Source: Eledone cirrhosa
Lineage: Eukaryota
Direction of reading: 5' to 3'
NCBI GenBank assembly: GCA_964016885.1
Contig: OZ024740.1
Coordinates: forward strand, 41,726,001 to 41,790,000
Length of the DNA stretch: 64,000 bases
The position numbers and the translations under genes are program-made. The notes under the pieces were generated by a model that did not search any database, was not told the DNA's origin, and was given only the letters and a program-made list of their open reading frames with translations. Shown in pieces: positions 18,001 to 36,000 of the stretch (position 1 is its first letter; every line of letters starts with the position of its first letter).

Positions 18001-21000
18001 TAGACTGGTGCATGACACACCTGTCCATAGACTGGTGCATGACACACCTGTCCATAGACTGGTGCATGACACACCTATCCATAGACTGGTGCATGACACA
18101 CCTATCCATAGACTGGTGCCTGACACACCTGTCCATAGACTGGTGCATGACACACCTATCCATAGACTGGTGCATGACACACCTATCCATAGACTGGTGC
18201 ATGACACACCTGTCCATAGACTGGTGCATGACACACCTGTCCATAGACTGCAGCATGACACACCTATCCATAGACTGGTGCATGATACACCTGTCCGTAG
18301 ACTGGTGCATGACACACCTATCCATAGACTGGTGCATGACACACCTGTCCATAGACTGGTGCATGACACACCTGTCCATAGACTGGTGCATTACACACCT
18401 GTCCATAGACTGGTGCATTACACACCTGTCCATAGACTGGTGCATGACACACCTATCCATAGACTGGTGCATGACACACCTATCCATAGACTGGTGCATG
18501 ACACACCTATCCATAGACTGGTGCATGACACACCTGTCCATAGACTGGTGCATGACACACCTGTCCATAGACTGGTGCATGACACACCTGTCCATAGACT
18601 GGTGCATGACACACCTATCCATAGACTGCTGCATGACACACCTATCCATAGACTGGTGCATGACACACCTGTCCATAGACTGGTGCATGACACACCTATC
18701 CATAGACCGGTGCATGACACACCTATCCATAGACTGCTGCATGACACACCTGTCCATAGACTGGTGCATTACACACCTGTCCATAGACTGGTGCATGACA
18801 CACCTGTCCATAGACTGGTGCATGACACACCTGTCCATAGTCTGGTGCATGACACACCTGTCCATAGACTGGTGCATGACACACCTGTCCATAGACTGGT
18901 GCATGACACACCTGTCCATAGACTGGTTCATGACACACCTGTCCATAGACTGGTGCATGACACACCTATCCAGAGACTGGTGCATGACACACCTATCCAT
19001 AAACTGGTGCATGACACACCTGTCCATAGACTGGTGCATGACACACCTATCCATAGACTGGTGCATGAAACACCTGTCAATAGACTGGTGCATGACACAC
19101 CTGTCCATAGACTGGTGCATGACACACCTGTCCATAGACTGGTGCATGATACACCTATCCATAGACTGGTGCATGACACACCTGTCCATAGACTGGTGCA
19201 TGACACACCTATCCATAGACTGGTGCATGACACACCTGTCCATAGACTGGTGCATGTCACACCTGTCCATAGACAGGTGCATGACACACCTATCCATAGA
19301 CTGGTGCATGACACACCTATCCATAGACTGGTGCATGACACACCTGTCCAAAGACTGGTGCATGACACACCTGTCCATAGACTGCTGCATGACACACCTG
19401 TCCATAGACTGGTGCATGACACACCTATCCATACACTGGTGCATGACACACCTATCCATAGACTGGTGCATGACACACCTGTCCATAGACTGGTGCATGA
19501 CACACCTGTCCATAGACTGCTGCATGATACACCTATCCATAGACTGGTGCATGACACACCTGTCCATAGACTGGTGCATTACACACCTGTCCATAGACTG
19601 GTGCATTACACACCTGTCCATAGACTGGTGCATGACACACCTGTCCATAGACTGGTGCATTACACACCTGTCCATAGACTGGTGCATTACACACCTGTCC
19701 ATAGACTGGTGCATGACACACCTATCCATAGACTGGTGCATGACACACCTATCCATAGACTGGTGCATGACACACCTATCCATAGACTGGTGCATGACAC
19801 ACCTGTCCATAGACTGGTGCATGACACACCTGTCCATAGACTGGTGCATGACACACCTGTCCATAGACTGGTGCATGACACACCTATCCATAGACTGCTG
19901 CATGACACACCTATCCATAGACTGGTGCATGACACACCTGTCCATAGACTGGTGCATGACACACCTATCCATAGACCGGTGCATGACACACCTATCCATA
20001 GACTGCTGCATGACACACCTGTCCATAGACTGGTGCATTACACACCTGTCCATAGACTGGTGCATGACACACCTGTCCATAGACTGGTGCATGACACACC
20101 TGTCCATAGTCTGGTGCATGACACACCTGTCCATAGACTGGTGCATGACACACCTGTCCATAGACTGGTGCATGACACACCTGTCCATAGACTGGTTCAT
20201 GACACACCTGTCCATAGACTGGTGCATGACACACCTATCCAGAGACTGGTGCATGACACACCTATCCATAAACTGGTGCATGACACACCTGTCCATAGAC
20301 TGGTGCATGACACACCTATCCATAGACTGGTGCATAAAACACCTGTCAATAGACTGGTGCATGACACACCTGTCCATAGACTGGTGCATGACACACCTGT
20401 CCATAGACTGGTGCATGATACACCTATCCATAGACTGGTGCATGACACACCTGTCCATAGACTGGTGCATGACACACCTATCCATAGACTGGTGCATGAC
20501 ACACCTGTCCATAGACTGGTGCATGTCACACCTGTCCATAGACAGGTGCATGACACACCTATCCATAGACTGGTGCATGACACACCTATCCATAGACTGG
20601 TGCATGACACACCTGTCCAAAGACTGGTGCATGACACACCTGTCCATAGACTGCTGCATGACACACCTGTCCATAGACTGGTGCATGACACACCTATCCA
20701 TACACTGGTGCATGACACACCTATCCATAGACTGGTGCATGACACACCTGTCCATAGACTGGTGCATGACACACCTGTCCATAGACTGCTGCATGATACA
20801 CCTATCCATAGACTGGTGCATGACACACCTGTCCATAGACTGGTGCATTACACACCTGTCCATAGACTGGTGCATTACACACCTGTCCATTGACTGGTGC
20901 ATGACACACCTGTCCATAGACTGCTGCATGACACACCTGTCTATAGACTGGTGCATGACACACCTGTCCATAGACTGGTGCATGACACAGCTGTCCATAG

Positions 21001-24000
21001 ACTGGTGCATGACACACCTATCCATAGACTGGTGCATGACACACCTGTCCATAGACTGGTGCATGACACACCTGTCCATAGACTGGTGCATGACACACCT
21101 ATCCATAGACTGGTGCATTACACACCTATCCATGGACTGGTGCATGACACACCTGTCCATAGACTGGTGCATGACATACCTGTCCATAGACTGGTGCAAG
21201 ACACACCTATCCATACACTGGTGCATGACACACCTGTCCATAGACTGGTGCATGACACACCTATCCATAGACTGGTGCATGACACACCTGTCCATAGACT
21301 GCTGCATGACACACCTGTCCATAGACTGGTGCATGACACACCTATCCATACACTGGTGCATGACACACCTATCCATAGACTGGTGCATGACACACCTGTC
21401 CATAGACTGGTGCATGACACACCTGTCCATAGACTGCTGCATGACACACCTGTCCATAGACTGGTGCACGACACACCTATCCATACACCGGTGCATGACA
21501 CACCTGTCCATAGACTGGTGCATGACACACCTGTCCATAGACTGGTGCATGACACACCTATCCATACACTGGTGCATGACACACCTATCCATAGACTGGT
21601 GCATGACACACCTATCCATAAACTGGTGCATGACACACCTATCCATAAACTGGTGCATGACACACCTATCCATAGACTGGTGCATTACACACCTATCCAT
21701 AGACTGTTGCATTACCCACCTGTCCATAGACTAGTGCATTACACACCTATCCATACACTGGTGCATGACACACCTGTCCATAGACTGGTGCATGATACAC
21801 CTATCCATAGACTGGTGCATGACACACCTATCCATAGACTGGTGCATGACACACCTGTCCATAGACTGGTGCATTACACACCTGTCCATAGACTGGTGCA
21901 TGACACACGTGTCCATAGACTGGTGCATGACACACCTGTCCATAGACTGGTGCATGACACACCTATCCATATACTGGTGCATGACACACCTATCCATAGA
22001 CTGGTGCATGACACACCTATCCATACACTGGTGCATGACACACCTGTCCATAGACTGGTGCATAACACACCTGTCCATAGACTGGTGCATGACACACCTA
22101 TCCATAGACTGGTGCATGACACACCTGTCCATAGACCGGTGCATGACACACCTATCCATAAACTGGTGCATTACACACCTATCCATAGACTGGTGCATGA
22201 CACACCTGTCCATAGACTGGTGCATGACACACCTGTCCATAGTCTGGTACATGACACACCTGTCCATAGACTGGTGCATGACACACCTGTCCATAGACTG
22301 GTGCATGACACACCTGTCCATAGACTGGTGCATGACACACCTGCCCATAGACTGGTGCTTGACACACCTATCCAGAGACTGGTGCATGACACACCTATCC
22401 ATAAACTGGTGCATGACACACCTATCCATAGACTGGTGCATGACACACCTATCCATAGACTGGTGCATGACACACCTATCCATAGACAGGTGCATGACAC
22501 ACCTATCCATAGACAGGTGCATGACACACCTATCCATAGACTGGTGCATGATACACCTGTCCATAGACTGGTGCATGACACACCTGTCCATAGACTGGTG
22601 CATTACACACCTGTCCATAGACTGGTGCATGACACACCTGTCCATAGACTGGTGCATTACACACCTATCCATAGACTGGTGCATGACACACCTGTCCATA
22701 GACTGGTGCATTACACACCTGTCCATAGACTGGTGCATGACACACCTGTCCATAGACTGGTGCATTACACACCTATCCATAGACTGGTGCATGACACACC
22801 TGTCCATAGACTGGTGCATTACACACCTGTCCATAGACTGGTGCATGACACACCTGTGCATAAACTGGTGCATGACACACCTGTCCATAGACTGGTGCAT
22901 TACACACCTATCCATACACTGGTGCATGAAACACCTATCCATAGACTGGTGCATGACACACCTGTCCATAGACTGGTGCATGACACACCTGTCCAGAGAC
23001 TGGTGCATGACACACCTGTCCATAGACTGGTGCATGACACACCTGTCCATAGACTGGTGCATGACACACCTGTCCATAGACTGGTGCATGACACACCTAT
23101 CCATAGACTGGTGCATGACACACCTATCCATAGACTGGTGCATGACACACCTGTCCATAGACTGGTGCATGACACACCTGTCCATAGACTGGTGCATGAT
23201 ACACCTATCCATAGACTGGTGCATGACACACCTGTCCATAGACTGGTGCATGTCACACCTGTCCATAGACAGGTGCATGACACACCTATCCATAGACTGG
23301 TGCATGACACACCTATCCATAGACTGGTGCATGACACACCTGTCCAAAGACTGGTGCATGACACACCTGTCCATAGACTGCTGCATGACACACCTGTCCA
23401 TAGACTGGTGCATGACACACCTATCCATACACTGGTGCATGACACACCTATCCATAGACTGGTGCATGACACACCTGTCCATAGACTGGTGCATGACACA
23501 CCTGTCCATAGACTGCTGCATGATACACCTATCCATAGACTGGTGCATGACACACCTGTCCATAGACTGGTGCATTACACACCTGTCCATTGACTGGTGC
23601 ATGACACACCTGTCCATAGACTGCTGCATGACACACCTGTCTATAGACTGGTGCATGACACACCTGTCCATAGACTGGTGCATGACACAGCTGTCCATAG
23701 ACTGGTGCATGACACACCTATCCATGGACTGGTGCATGACACACCTGTCCATAGACTGGTGCATGACACACCTGTCCATAGACTGGTGCAAGACACACCT
23801 ATCCATACACTGGTGCATGACACACCTATCCATACACTGGTGCATGACACACCTATCCATAGACTGGTGCATGACACACCTGTCCATAGACTGGTGCATG
23901 ACACACCTGTCCATAGACTGGTGCATGACACACCTGTCCATAGACTGGTGCATGACACACCTGTCCATAGACTGGTGCATGACACACCTATCCATAGACT

Positions 24001-27000
24001 GGTGCATGACACACCTGTCCATAGACTGCTGCATGACACACCTGTCCATAGACTGGTGCATGACACACCTATCCATACACTGGTGCATGACACACCTATC
24101 CATAGACTGGTGCATGACACACCTGTCCATAGACTGGTGCATGACACACCTGTCCATAGACTGCTGCATGACACACCTGTCCATAGACTGGTGCACGACA
24201 CACCTATCCATACACCGGTGCATGACACACCTGTCCATAGACTGGTGCATGACACACCTGTCCATAGACTGGTGCATGACACACCTATGAATACACTGGT
24301 GCATGACACACCTATCCATAGACTGGTGCATGACACACCTATCCATAAACTGGTGCATGACACACCTATCCATAAACTGGTGCATGACACACCTATCCAT
24401 AGACTGGTGCATTACACACCTATCCATAGACTGTTGCATTACCCACCTGTCCATAGACTAGTGCATTACACACCTATCCATACACTGGTGCATGACACAC
24501 CTGTCCATAGACTGGTGCATGATACACCTATCCATAGACTGGTGCATGACACACCTATCCATAGACTGGTGCATGACACACCTGTCCATAGACTGGTGCA
24601 TTACACACCTGTCCATAGACTGGTGCATGACACACGTGTCCATAGACTGGTGCATGACACACCTGTCCATGGACTGGTGCATGACACACCTATCCATATA
24701 CTGGTGCATGACACACCTATCCATAGACTGGTGCATGACACACCTATCCATACACTGGTGCATGACACACCTGTCCATAGACTGGTGCATAACACACCTG
24801 TCCATAGACTGGTGCATGACACACCTATCCATAGACTGGTGCATGACACACCTGTCCATAGACCGGTGCATGACACACCTATCCATAAACTGGTGCATTA
24901 CACACCTATCCATAGACTGGTGCATGACACACCTGTCCATAGACTGGTGCATGACACACCTGTCCATAGTCTGGTACATGACACACCTATCCATAGACTG
25001 GTGCATGACACACCTGTCCATAGACTGGTGCATGACACACCTGTCCATAGACTGGTGCATGACACACCTATCCATAGACTGGTGCATGACACACCTGTCC
25101 ATAGACTGGTGCATGACACACCTATCCATAGACTGGTGCATGACACACCTGTCCATAGACCGGTGCATGACACACCTATCCATAAACTGGTGCATTACAC
25201 ACCTATCCATAGACTGGTGCATGACACACCTGTCCATAGACTGGTGCATGACACACCTGTCCATAGACCGGTGCATGACACACCTATCCATAAACTGGTG
25301 CATTACACACCTATCCATAGACTGGTGCATGACACACCTGTCCATAGACTGGTGCATGACACACCTGTCCATAGTCTGGTACATGACACACCTATCCATA
25401 GACTGGTGCATGACACACCTGTCCATAGTCTGGTACATGACACACCTGTCCATAGACTGGTGCATGACACACCTGTCCATAGACTGGTGCATGACACACC
25501 TGTCCATAGACTGGTGCATGACACACCTGCCCATAGACTGGTGCATGACACACCTATCCAGAGACTGGTGCATGACACACCTATCCATAAACTGGTGCAT
25601 GACACACCTATCCATAGACTGGTGCATGACACACCTATCCATAGACTGGTGCATGACACACCTATCCATAGACAGGTGCATGACACACCTATCCATAGAC
25701 AGGTGCATGACACACCTATCCATAGACTGGTGCATGATACACCTGTCCATAGACTGGTGCATGACACACCTGTCCATAGACTGGTGCATTACACACCTGT
25801 CCATAGACTGGTGCATTACACACCTATCCATAGACAGGTGCATGACACACCTATCCATAGACAGGTGCATGACACACCTATCCATAGACAGGTGCATGAC
25901 ACACCTATCCATAGACTGGTGCATGATACACCTGTCCATAGACTGGTGCATGACACACCTGTCCATAGACTGGTGCATTACACACCTGTCCATAGACTGG
26001 TGCATGACACACCTGTCCATAGACTGGTGCATGACACACCTGTCCATAGACTGGTGCATGACACACCTGTCCATAGACTGGTGCATTACACACCTATCCA
26101 TAGACTGGTGCATGACACACCTGTCCATAGACTGGTGCATGACACACCTATCCATAGACTGGTGCATGACACACCTGTCCATAGACTGGTGCATGACACA
26201 CCTGTCCATAGACTGCTGCATGACACACCTGTCCATAGACTGGTGCACGACACACCTATCCATACACCGGTGCATGACACACCTGTCCATAGACTGGTGC
26301 ATGACACACCTGTCCATAGACTGGTGCATGACACACCTATCCATACACTGGTGCATGACACACCTATCCATAGACTGGTGCATGACACACCTATCCATAA
26401 ACTGGTGCATGACACACCTATCCATAAACTGGTGCATGACACACCTATCCATAGACTGGTGCATTACACACCTATCCATAGACTGTTGCATTACCCACCT
26501 GTCCATAGACTAGTGCATTACACACCTATCCATACACTGGTGCATGACACACCTGTCCATAGACTGGTGCATGATACACCTATCCATAGACTGGTGCATG
26601 ACACACCTATCCATAGACTGGTGCATGACACACCTGTCCATAGACTGGTGCATTACACACCTGTCCATAGACTGGTGCATGACACACGTGTCCATAGACT
26701 GGTGCATGACACACCTGTCCATAGACTGGTGCATGACACACCTATCCATATACTGGTGCATGACACACCTATCCATAGACTGGTGCATGACACACCTATC
26801 CATACACTGGTGCATGACACACCTGTCCATAGACTGGTGCATAACACACCTGTCCATAGACTGGTGCATGACACACCTATCCATAGACTGGTGCATGACA
26901 CACCTGTCCATAGACCGGTGCATGACACACCTATCCATAAACTGGTGCATTACACACCTATCCATAGACTGGTGCATGACACACCTGTCCATAGACTGGT

Positions 27001-30000
27001 GCATGACACACCTGTCCATAGTCTGGTACATGACACACCTGTCCATAGACTGGTGCATGACACACCTGTCCATAGACTGGTGCATGACACACCTGTCCAT
27101 AGACTGGTGCATGACACACCTGCCCATAGACTGGTGCATGACACACCTATCCAGAGACTGGTGCATGACACACCTATCCATAAACTGGTGCATGACACAC
27201 CTATCCATAGACTGGTGCATGACACACCTATCCATAGACTGGTGCATGACACACCTGTCCATAGACTGGTGCATGACACACCTGTCCATAGACTGGTGCA
27301 TGACACACCTGTCCATAGACTGGTGCATTACACACCTGTCCATAGACTGGTGCATTACACACCTGTCCATAGACTGGTGCATGACACACCTATCCATAGA
27401 CTGGTGCATGACACACCTATCCATAGACTGGTGCATGACACACCTATCCATAGACTGCTGCATGACACACCTGTCCATAGACTGGTGCATTACACACCTG
27501 TCCATAGACTGGTGCATGACACACCTATTAATAGACTGGTGCATGACACATCTATCAATAGACTGGTGCATGACGCACCTATCCATAGACTGGTGCATGA
27601 CACACCTATCCATACACTGGTGCATGACACACCTGTCCATAGACTGGTGCATGACACACCTATCCATAGACTGGTGCATGACACACCTATCCATAGACTG
27701 GTGCATGACACACCTGTCCATAGACTGGTGCATGACACACCTGTCCATAGACTGGTGCATGACACACCTGTCCATAGACTGGTGCATCACACACCTATCC
27801 ATAGACTGGTGCATGACACACCTGTCCATAGTCTGGTGCATGACACACCTATCCATACACTGGTGCATGACACACCTGTCCATAGACTGGTGCATGACAC
27901 ACCTGTCCATAGACTGGTGCATTACACACCTGTCCATAGACTGGTGCATGACACACCTGTCCATAGTCTGGTGCATGACACACCTGTCCATAGACTGGTG
28001 CATGACACACCTGTCCATAGACTGGTGCATTACACACCTGTCCATAGACTGGTGCATGACACACCTATCCAGAGACTGGTGCATGACACACCTATCCATA
28101 AACTGGTGCATGACACACCTGTCCATAGACTGGTGCATGACACACCTATCCATAGACTAGTGCATGAAACACCTGTCAATAGACTGGTGCATGACACACC
28201 TATCCATAGACTGGTGCATGACACACCTGTCCATAGACTGGTGCATGATACACCTATCCATAGACTGGTGCATGACACACCTGTCCATAGACTGGTTCAT
28301 GACACACCTGTCCATAGACTGGTGCATTACACACCTGTCCATAGACTGGTGCATGACACACCTATCCAGAGACTGGTGCATGACACACCTATCCATAAAC
28401 TGGTGCATGACACACCTGTCCATAGACTGGTGCATGACACACCTATCCATAGACTGGTGCATGAAACACCTGTCAATAGACTGGTGCATGACACACCTGT
28501 CCATAGACTGGTGCATGACACACCTGTCCATAGACTGGTGCATGATACACCTATCCATAGACTGGTGCATGACACACCTGTCCATAGACTGGTGCATGAC
28601 ACACCTGTCCATAGACTGGTGCATGCCACACCTGTCCATAGACAGGTGCATGACACACCTATCCATAGACTGGTGCATGACACACCTATCCATAGACTGG
28701 TGCATGACACACCTGTCCAAAGACTGGTGCATGACACACCTGTCCAGAGACTGCTGCATGACACACCTGTCCATAGACTGGTGCATGACACACCTATCCA
28801 TACACTGGTGCATGACACACCTATCCATAGACTGGTGCATGACACACCTGTCCATAGACTGGTGCATGACACACCTGTCCATAGACTGCTGCATGATACA
28901 CCTATCCATAGACTGGTGCATGACACACCTGTCCATAGACTGGTGCATTACACACCTGTCCATTGACTGGTGCATGACACACCTGTCCATAGACTGCTGC
29001 ATGACACACCTATCCATAGACTGGTGCATGACACACCTATCCATAGACTGCTGCATGACACACCTGTCCATAGACTGGTGCATTACACACCTGTCCATAG
29101 ACTGGTGCATGACACACCTATTAATAGACTGGTGCATGACACACCTATCAATAGACTGGTGCATGACGCACCTATCCATAGACTGGTGCATGACACACCT
29201 ATCCATACACTGGTGCATGACACACCTGTCCATAGACTGGTGCATGACACACCTATCCATAGACTGGTGCATGACACACCTATCCATAGACTGGTGCATG
29301 ACACACCTGTCCATAGACTGGTGCATGACACACCTGTCCATAGACTGGTGCATGACACACCTGTCCATAGACTGGTGCATCACACACCTATCCATAGACT
29401 GGTGCATGACACACCTGTCCATAGTCTGGTGCATGACACACCTGTCCATAGACTGGTGCATGACACACCTATCCATACACTGGTGCATGACACACCTGTC
29501 CATAGACTGGTGCATGACACACCTGTCCATAGACTGGTGCATTACACACCTGTCCATAGACTGGTGCATGACACACCTGTCCATAGTCTGGTGCATGACA
29601 CACCTGTCCATAGACTGGTGCATGACACACCTGTCCATAGACTGGTGCATTACACACCTGTCCATAGACTGGTGCATGACACACCTATCCAGAGACTGGT
29701 GCATGACACACCTATCCATAAACTGGTGCATGACACACCTGTCCATAGACTGGTGCATGACACACCTATCCATAGACTGGTGCATGAAACACCTGTCAAT
29801 AGACTGGTGCATGACACACCTATCCATAGACTGGTGCATGACACACCTGTCCATAGACTGGTGCATGATACACCTATCCATAGACTGGTGCATGACACAC
29901 CTGTCCATAGACTGGTTCATGACACACCTGTCCATAGACTGGTGCATTACACACCTGTCCATAGACTGGTGCATGACACACCTATCCAGAGACTGGTGCA

Positions 30001-33000
30001 TGACACACCTATCCATAAACTGGTGCATGACACACCTGTCCATAGACTGGTGCATGACACACCTATCCATAGACTGGTGCATGAAACACCTGTCAATAGA
30101 CTGGTGCATGACACACCTGTCCATAGACTGGTGCATGACACACCTGTCCATAGACTGGTGCATGATACACCTATCCATAGACTGGTGCATGACACACCTG
30201 TCCATAGACTGGTGCATGACACACCTGTCCATAGACTGGTGCATGCCACACCTGTCCATAGACAGGTGCATGACACACCTATCCATAGACTGGTGCATGA
30301 CACACCTATCCATAGACTGGTGCATGACACACCTGTCCAAAGACTGGTGCATGACACACCTGTCCAGAGACTGCTGCATGACACACCTGTCCATAGACTG
30401 GTGCATGACACACCTATCCATACACTGGTGCATGACACACCTATCCATAGACTGGTGCATGACACACCTGTCCATAGACTGGTGCATGACACACCTGTCC
30501 ATAGACTGCTGCATGATACACCTATCCATAGACTGGTGCATGACACACCTGTCCATAGACTGGTGCATTACACACCTGTCCATTGACTGGTGCATGACAC
30601 ACCTGTCCATAGACTGCTGCATGACACACCTGTCTATAGACTGGTGCATGACACACCTGTCCATAGACTGGTGCATGACACAGCTGTCCATAGACTGGTG
30701 CATGACACACCTATCCATATACTGGTGCATGACACACCTGTCCATAGACTGGTGCATGACACACCTGTCCATAGACTGGTGCATGACACACCTATCCATA
30801 GACTGGTGCATTACACACCTATCCATGGACTGGTGCATGACACACCTGTCCATAGACTGGTGCATGACACACCTGTCCATAGACTGGTGCAAGACACACC
30901 TATCCATACACTGGTGCATGAGACACCTGTCCATAGACTGGTGCATGACACACCTAACCATAGACTGGTGCATGACACACCTGTCCATAAACTGCTGCAT
31001 GACACACCTGTCCATAGACTGGTGCATGACACACCTATCCATACACTGGTGCATGACACACCTATCCATAGACTGGTGCATGACACACCTGTCCATAGAC
31101 TGGTGCATGACACACCTGTCCATAGACTGCTGCATGACACACCTGTCCATAGACTGGTGCACGACACACCTATCCATACACCGGTGCATGACACACCTGT
31201 CCATAGACTGGTGCATGACACACCTGTCCATAGACTGGTGCATGACACACCTATCCATACACTGGTGCATGACACACCTATCCATAGACTGGTGCATGAC
31301 ACACCTATCCATAAACTGGTGCATGACACACCTATCCATAAACTGGTGCATGACACACCTATCCATAGACTGGTGCATTACACACCTATCCATAGACTGT
31401 TGCATTACCCAACTGTCCATAGACTAGTGCATTACACACCTATCCATACACTGGTGCATGACACACCTGTCCATAGACTGGTGCATGATACACCTATCCA
31501 TAGACTGGTGCATGACACACCTATCCATAGACTGGTGCATTACACACCTGTCCATAGACTGGTGCATGACACACCTGTCCATAGACTGGTGCATGACACA
31601 CCTGTCCATAGACTGGTGCATTACACACCTGTCCATAGACTGGTGCATTACACACCTGTCCATAGACTGGTGCATGACACACCTATCCATAGACTGGTGC
31701 ATGACACACCTATGCATAGACTGGTGCATGACACACCTATCCATAGACTGCTGCATGACACACCTGTCCATAGACTGGTGCATTACACACCTGTCCATAG
31801 ACTGGTGCATGACACACCTATTAATAGACTGGTGCATGACACACCTATCAATAGACTGGTGCATGACGCACCTATCCATAGACTGGTGCATGACACACCT
31901 ATCCATACACTGGTGCATGACACACCTGTCCATAGACTGGTGCATGACACACCTATCCATAGACTGGTGCATGACACACCTATCCATAGACTGGTGCATG
32001 ACACACCTGTCCATAGACTGGTGCATGACACACCTGTCCATAGACTGGTGCATGACACACCTGTCCATAGACTGGTGCATCACACACCTATCCATAGACT
32101 GGTGCATGACACACCTGTCCATAGTCTGGTGCATGACACACCTGTCCATAGACTGGTGCATGACACACCTATCCATACACTGGTGCATGACACACCTGTC
32201 CATAGACTGGTGCATGACACACCTGTCCATAGACTGGTGCATTACACACCTGTCCATAGACTGGTGCATGACACACCTGTCCATAGTCTGGTGCATGACA
32301 CACCTGTCCATAGACTGGTGCATGACACACCTGTCCATAGACTGGTGCATTACACACCTGTCCATAGACTGGTGCATGACACACCTATCCAGAGACTGGT
32401 GCATGACACACCTATCCATAAACTGGTGCATGACACACCTGTCCATAGACTGGTGCATGACACACCTATCCATAGACTGGTGCATGAAACACCTGTCAAT
32501 AGACTGGTGCATGACACACCTATCCATAGACTGGTGCATGACACACCTGTCCATAGACTGGTGCATGATACACCTATCCATAGACTGGTGCATGACACAC
32601 CTGTCCATAGACTGGTTCATGACACACCTGTCCATAGACTGGTGCATTACACACCTGTCCATAGACTGGTGCATGACACACCTATCCAGAGACTGGTGCA
32701 TGACACACCTATCCATAAACTGGTGCATGACACACCTGTCCATAGACTGGTGCATGACACACCTATCCATAGACTGGTGCATGAAACACCTGTCAATAGA
32801 CTGGTGCATGACACACCTGTCCATAGACTGGTGCATGACACACCTGTCCATAGACTGGTGCATGATACACCTATCCATAGACTGGTGCATGACACACCTG
32901 TCCATAGACTGGTGCATGACACACCTGTCCATAGACTGGTGCATGCCACACCTGTCCATAGACAGGTGCATGACACACCTATCCATAGACTGGTGCATGA

Positions 33001-36000
33001 CACACCTATCCATAGACTGGTGCATGACACACCAGTCCAAAGACTGGTGCATGACACACCTGTCCAGAGACTGCTGCATGACACACCTGTCCATAGACTG
33101 GTGCATGACACACCTATCCATACACTGGTGCATGACACACCTATCCATAGACTGGTGCATGACACACCTGTCCATAGACTGGTGCATGACACACCTGTCC
33201 ATAGACTGCTGCATGATACACCTATCCATAGACTGGTGCATGACACACCTGTCCATAGACTGGTGCATTACACACCTGTCCATTGACTGGTGCATGACAC
33301 ACCTGTCCATAGACTGCTGCATGACACACCTGTCTATAGACTGGTGCATGACACACCTGTCCATAGACTGGTGCATGACACAGCTGTCCATAGACTGGTG
33401 CATGACACACCTATCCATATACTGGTGCATGACACACCTGTCCATAGACTGGTGCATGACACACCTGTCCATAGACTGGTGCATGACACACCTATCCATA
33501 GACTGGTGCATTACACACCTATCCATGGACTGGTGCATGACACACCTGTCCATAGACTGGTGCATGACACACCTGTCCATAGACTGGTGCAAGACACACC
33601 TATCCATACACTGGTGCATGAGACACCTGTCCATAGACTGGTGCATGACACACCTATCCATAGACTGGTGCATGACACACCTGTCCATAGACTGCTGCAT
33701 GACACACCTGTCCATAGACTGGTGCATGACACACCTATCCATACACTGGTGCATGACACACCTATCCATAGACTGGTGCATGACACACCTGTCCATAGAC
33801 TGGTGCATGACACACCTGTCCATAGACTGCTGCATGACACACCTGTCCATAGACTGGTGCACGACACACCTATCCATACACCGGTGCATGACACACCTGT
33901 CCATAGACTGGTGCATGACACACCTGTCCATAGACTGGTGCATGACACACCTATCCATACACTGGTGCATGACACACCTATCCATAGACTGGTGCATGAC
34001 ACACCTATCCATAAACTGGTGCATGACACACCTATCCATAGACTGGTGCATGACACACCTATCCATACACTGGTGCATGACACACCTGTCCATAGACTGG
34101 TGCATAACACACCTGTCCATAGACTGGTGCATGACACACCTATCCATAGACTGGTGCATGACACACCTGTCCATAGACCGGTGCATGACACACCTATCCA
34201 TAAACTGGTGCATTACACACCTATCCATAGACTGGTGCATGACACACCTGTCCATAGACTGGTGCATGACACACCTGTCCATAGTCTGGTACATGACACA
34301 CCTGTCCATAGACTGGTGCATGACACACCTGTCCATAGACTGGTGCATGACACACCTGTCCATAGACTGGTGCATGACACACCTGTCCATAGACTGGTGC
34401 ATGACACACCTATCCAGAGACTGGTGCATGACACACCTATCCATAAACTGGTGCATGACACACCTATCCATAGACTGGTGCATTACACACCTATCCATAC
34501 ACTGTTGCATTACTCACCTGTCCATAGACTAGTGCATTACACACCTATCCATACACTGGTGCATGACACACCTGTCCATAGACTGGTGCATGACACACCT
34601 ATCCATAGACTGGTGCATGACACACCTGTCCATAGACTGGTGCATGACACACCTGTCCATAGACTGGTGCATGACACACCTGTCCATAGACTGGTGCATC
34701 ACACACCTATCCATAGACTGGTGCATGACACACCTGTCCATAGTCTGGTGCATGACACACCTGTCCATAGACTGGTGCATGACACACCTGTCCATAGACT
34801 GGTGCATGACACACCTGTCCATAGACTGGTGCATTACACACCTGTACATAGACTGGTGCATGACACACCTGTCCATAGTCTGGTGCATGACACACCTGTC
34901 CATAGACTGGTGCATGACACACCTGTCCATAGACTGGTGCATTACACACCTGTCCATAGACTGGTGCATGACACACCTATCCAGAGACTGGTGCATGACA
35001 CACCTATCCATAAACTGATGCATGACACACCTGTCCATAGACTGGTGCATGACACACCTATCCATAGACTGGTGCATGAAACACCTGTCAATAGACTGGT
35101 GCATGACACACCTATCCATAGACTGGTGCATGACACACCTGTCCATAGACTTGTGCATGATACACCTATCCATAGACTGGTGCATGACACACCTGTCCAT
35201 AGACTGGTTCATGACACACCTGTCCATAGACTGGTGCATTACACACCTGTCCATAGACTGGTGCATGACACACCTATCCAGAGACTGGTGCATGACACAC
35301 CTATCCATAAACTGGTGCATGACACACCTGTCCATAGACTGGTGCATGACACACCTATCCATAGACTGGTGCATGATACACCTATCCATAGACTGGTGCA
35401 TTACACACCTGTCCATAGACTGGTGCATGAAACACCTGTCAATAGACTGGTGCATGACACACCTGTCCATAGACTGGTGCATGACACACCTGTCCATAGA
35501 CTGGTGCATGATACACCTATCCATAGACTGGTGCATGACACACCTGTCCATAGACTGGTGCATGACACACCTGTCCATAGACTGGTGCATGCCACACCTG
35601 TCCATAGACAGGTGCATGACACACCTATCCATAGACTGGTGCATGACACACCTATCCATAGACTGGTGCATGACACACCTGTCCAAAGACTGGTGCATGA
35701 CACACCTGTCCAGAGACTGCTGCATGACACACCTGTCCATAGACTGGTGCATGACACACCTATCCATACACTGGTGCATGACACACCTATCCATAGACTG
35801 GTGCATGACACACCTGTCCATAGACTGGTGCATGACACACCTGTCCATAGACTGCTGCATGATACACCTATCCATAGACTGGTGCATGACACACCTGTCC
35901 ATAGACTGGTGCATTACACACCTGTCCATTGACTGGTGCATGACACACCTGTCCATAGACTGCTGCATGACACACCTGTCTATAGACTGGTGCATGACAC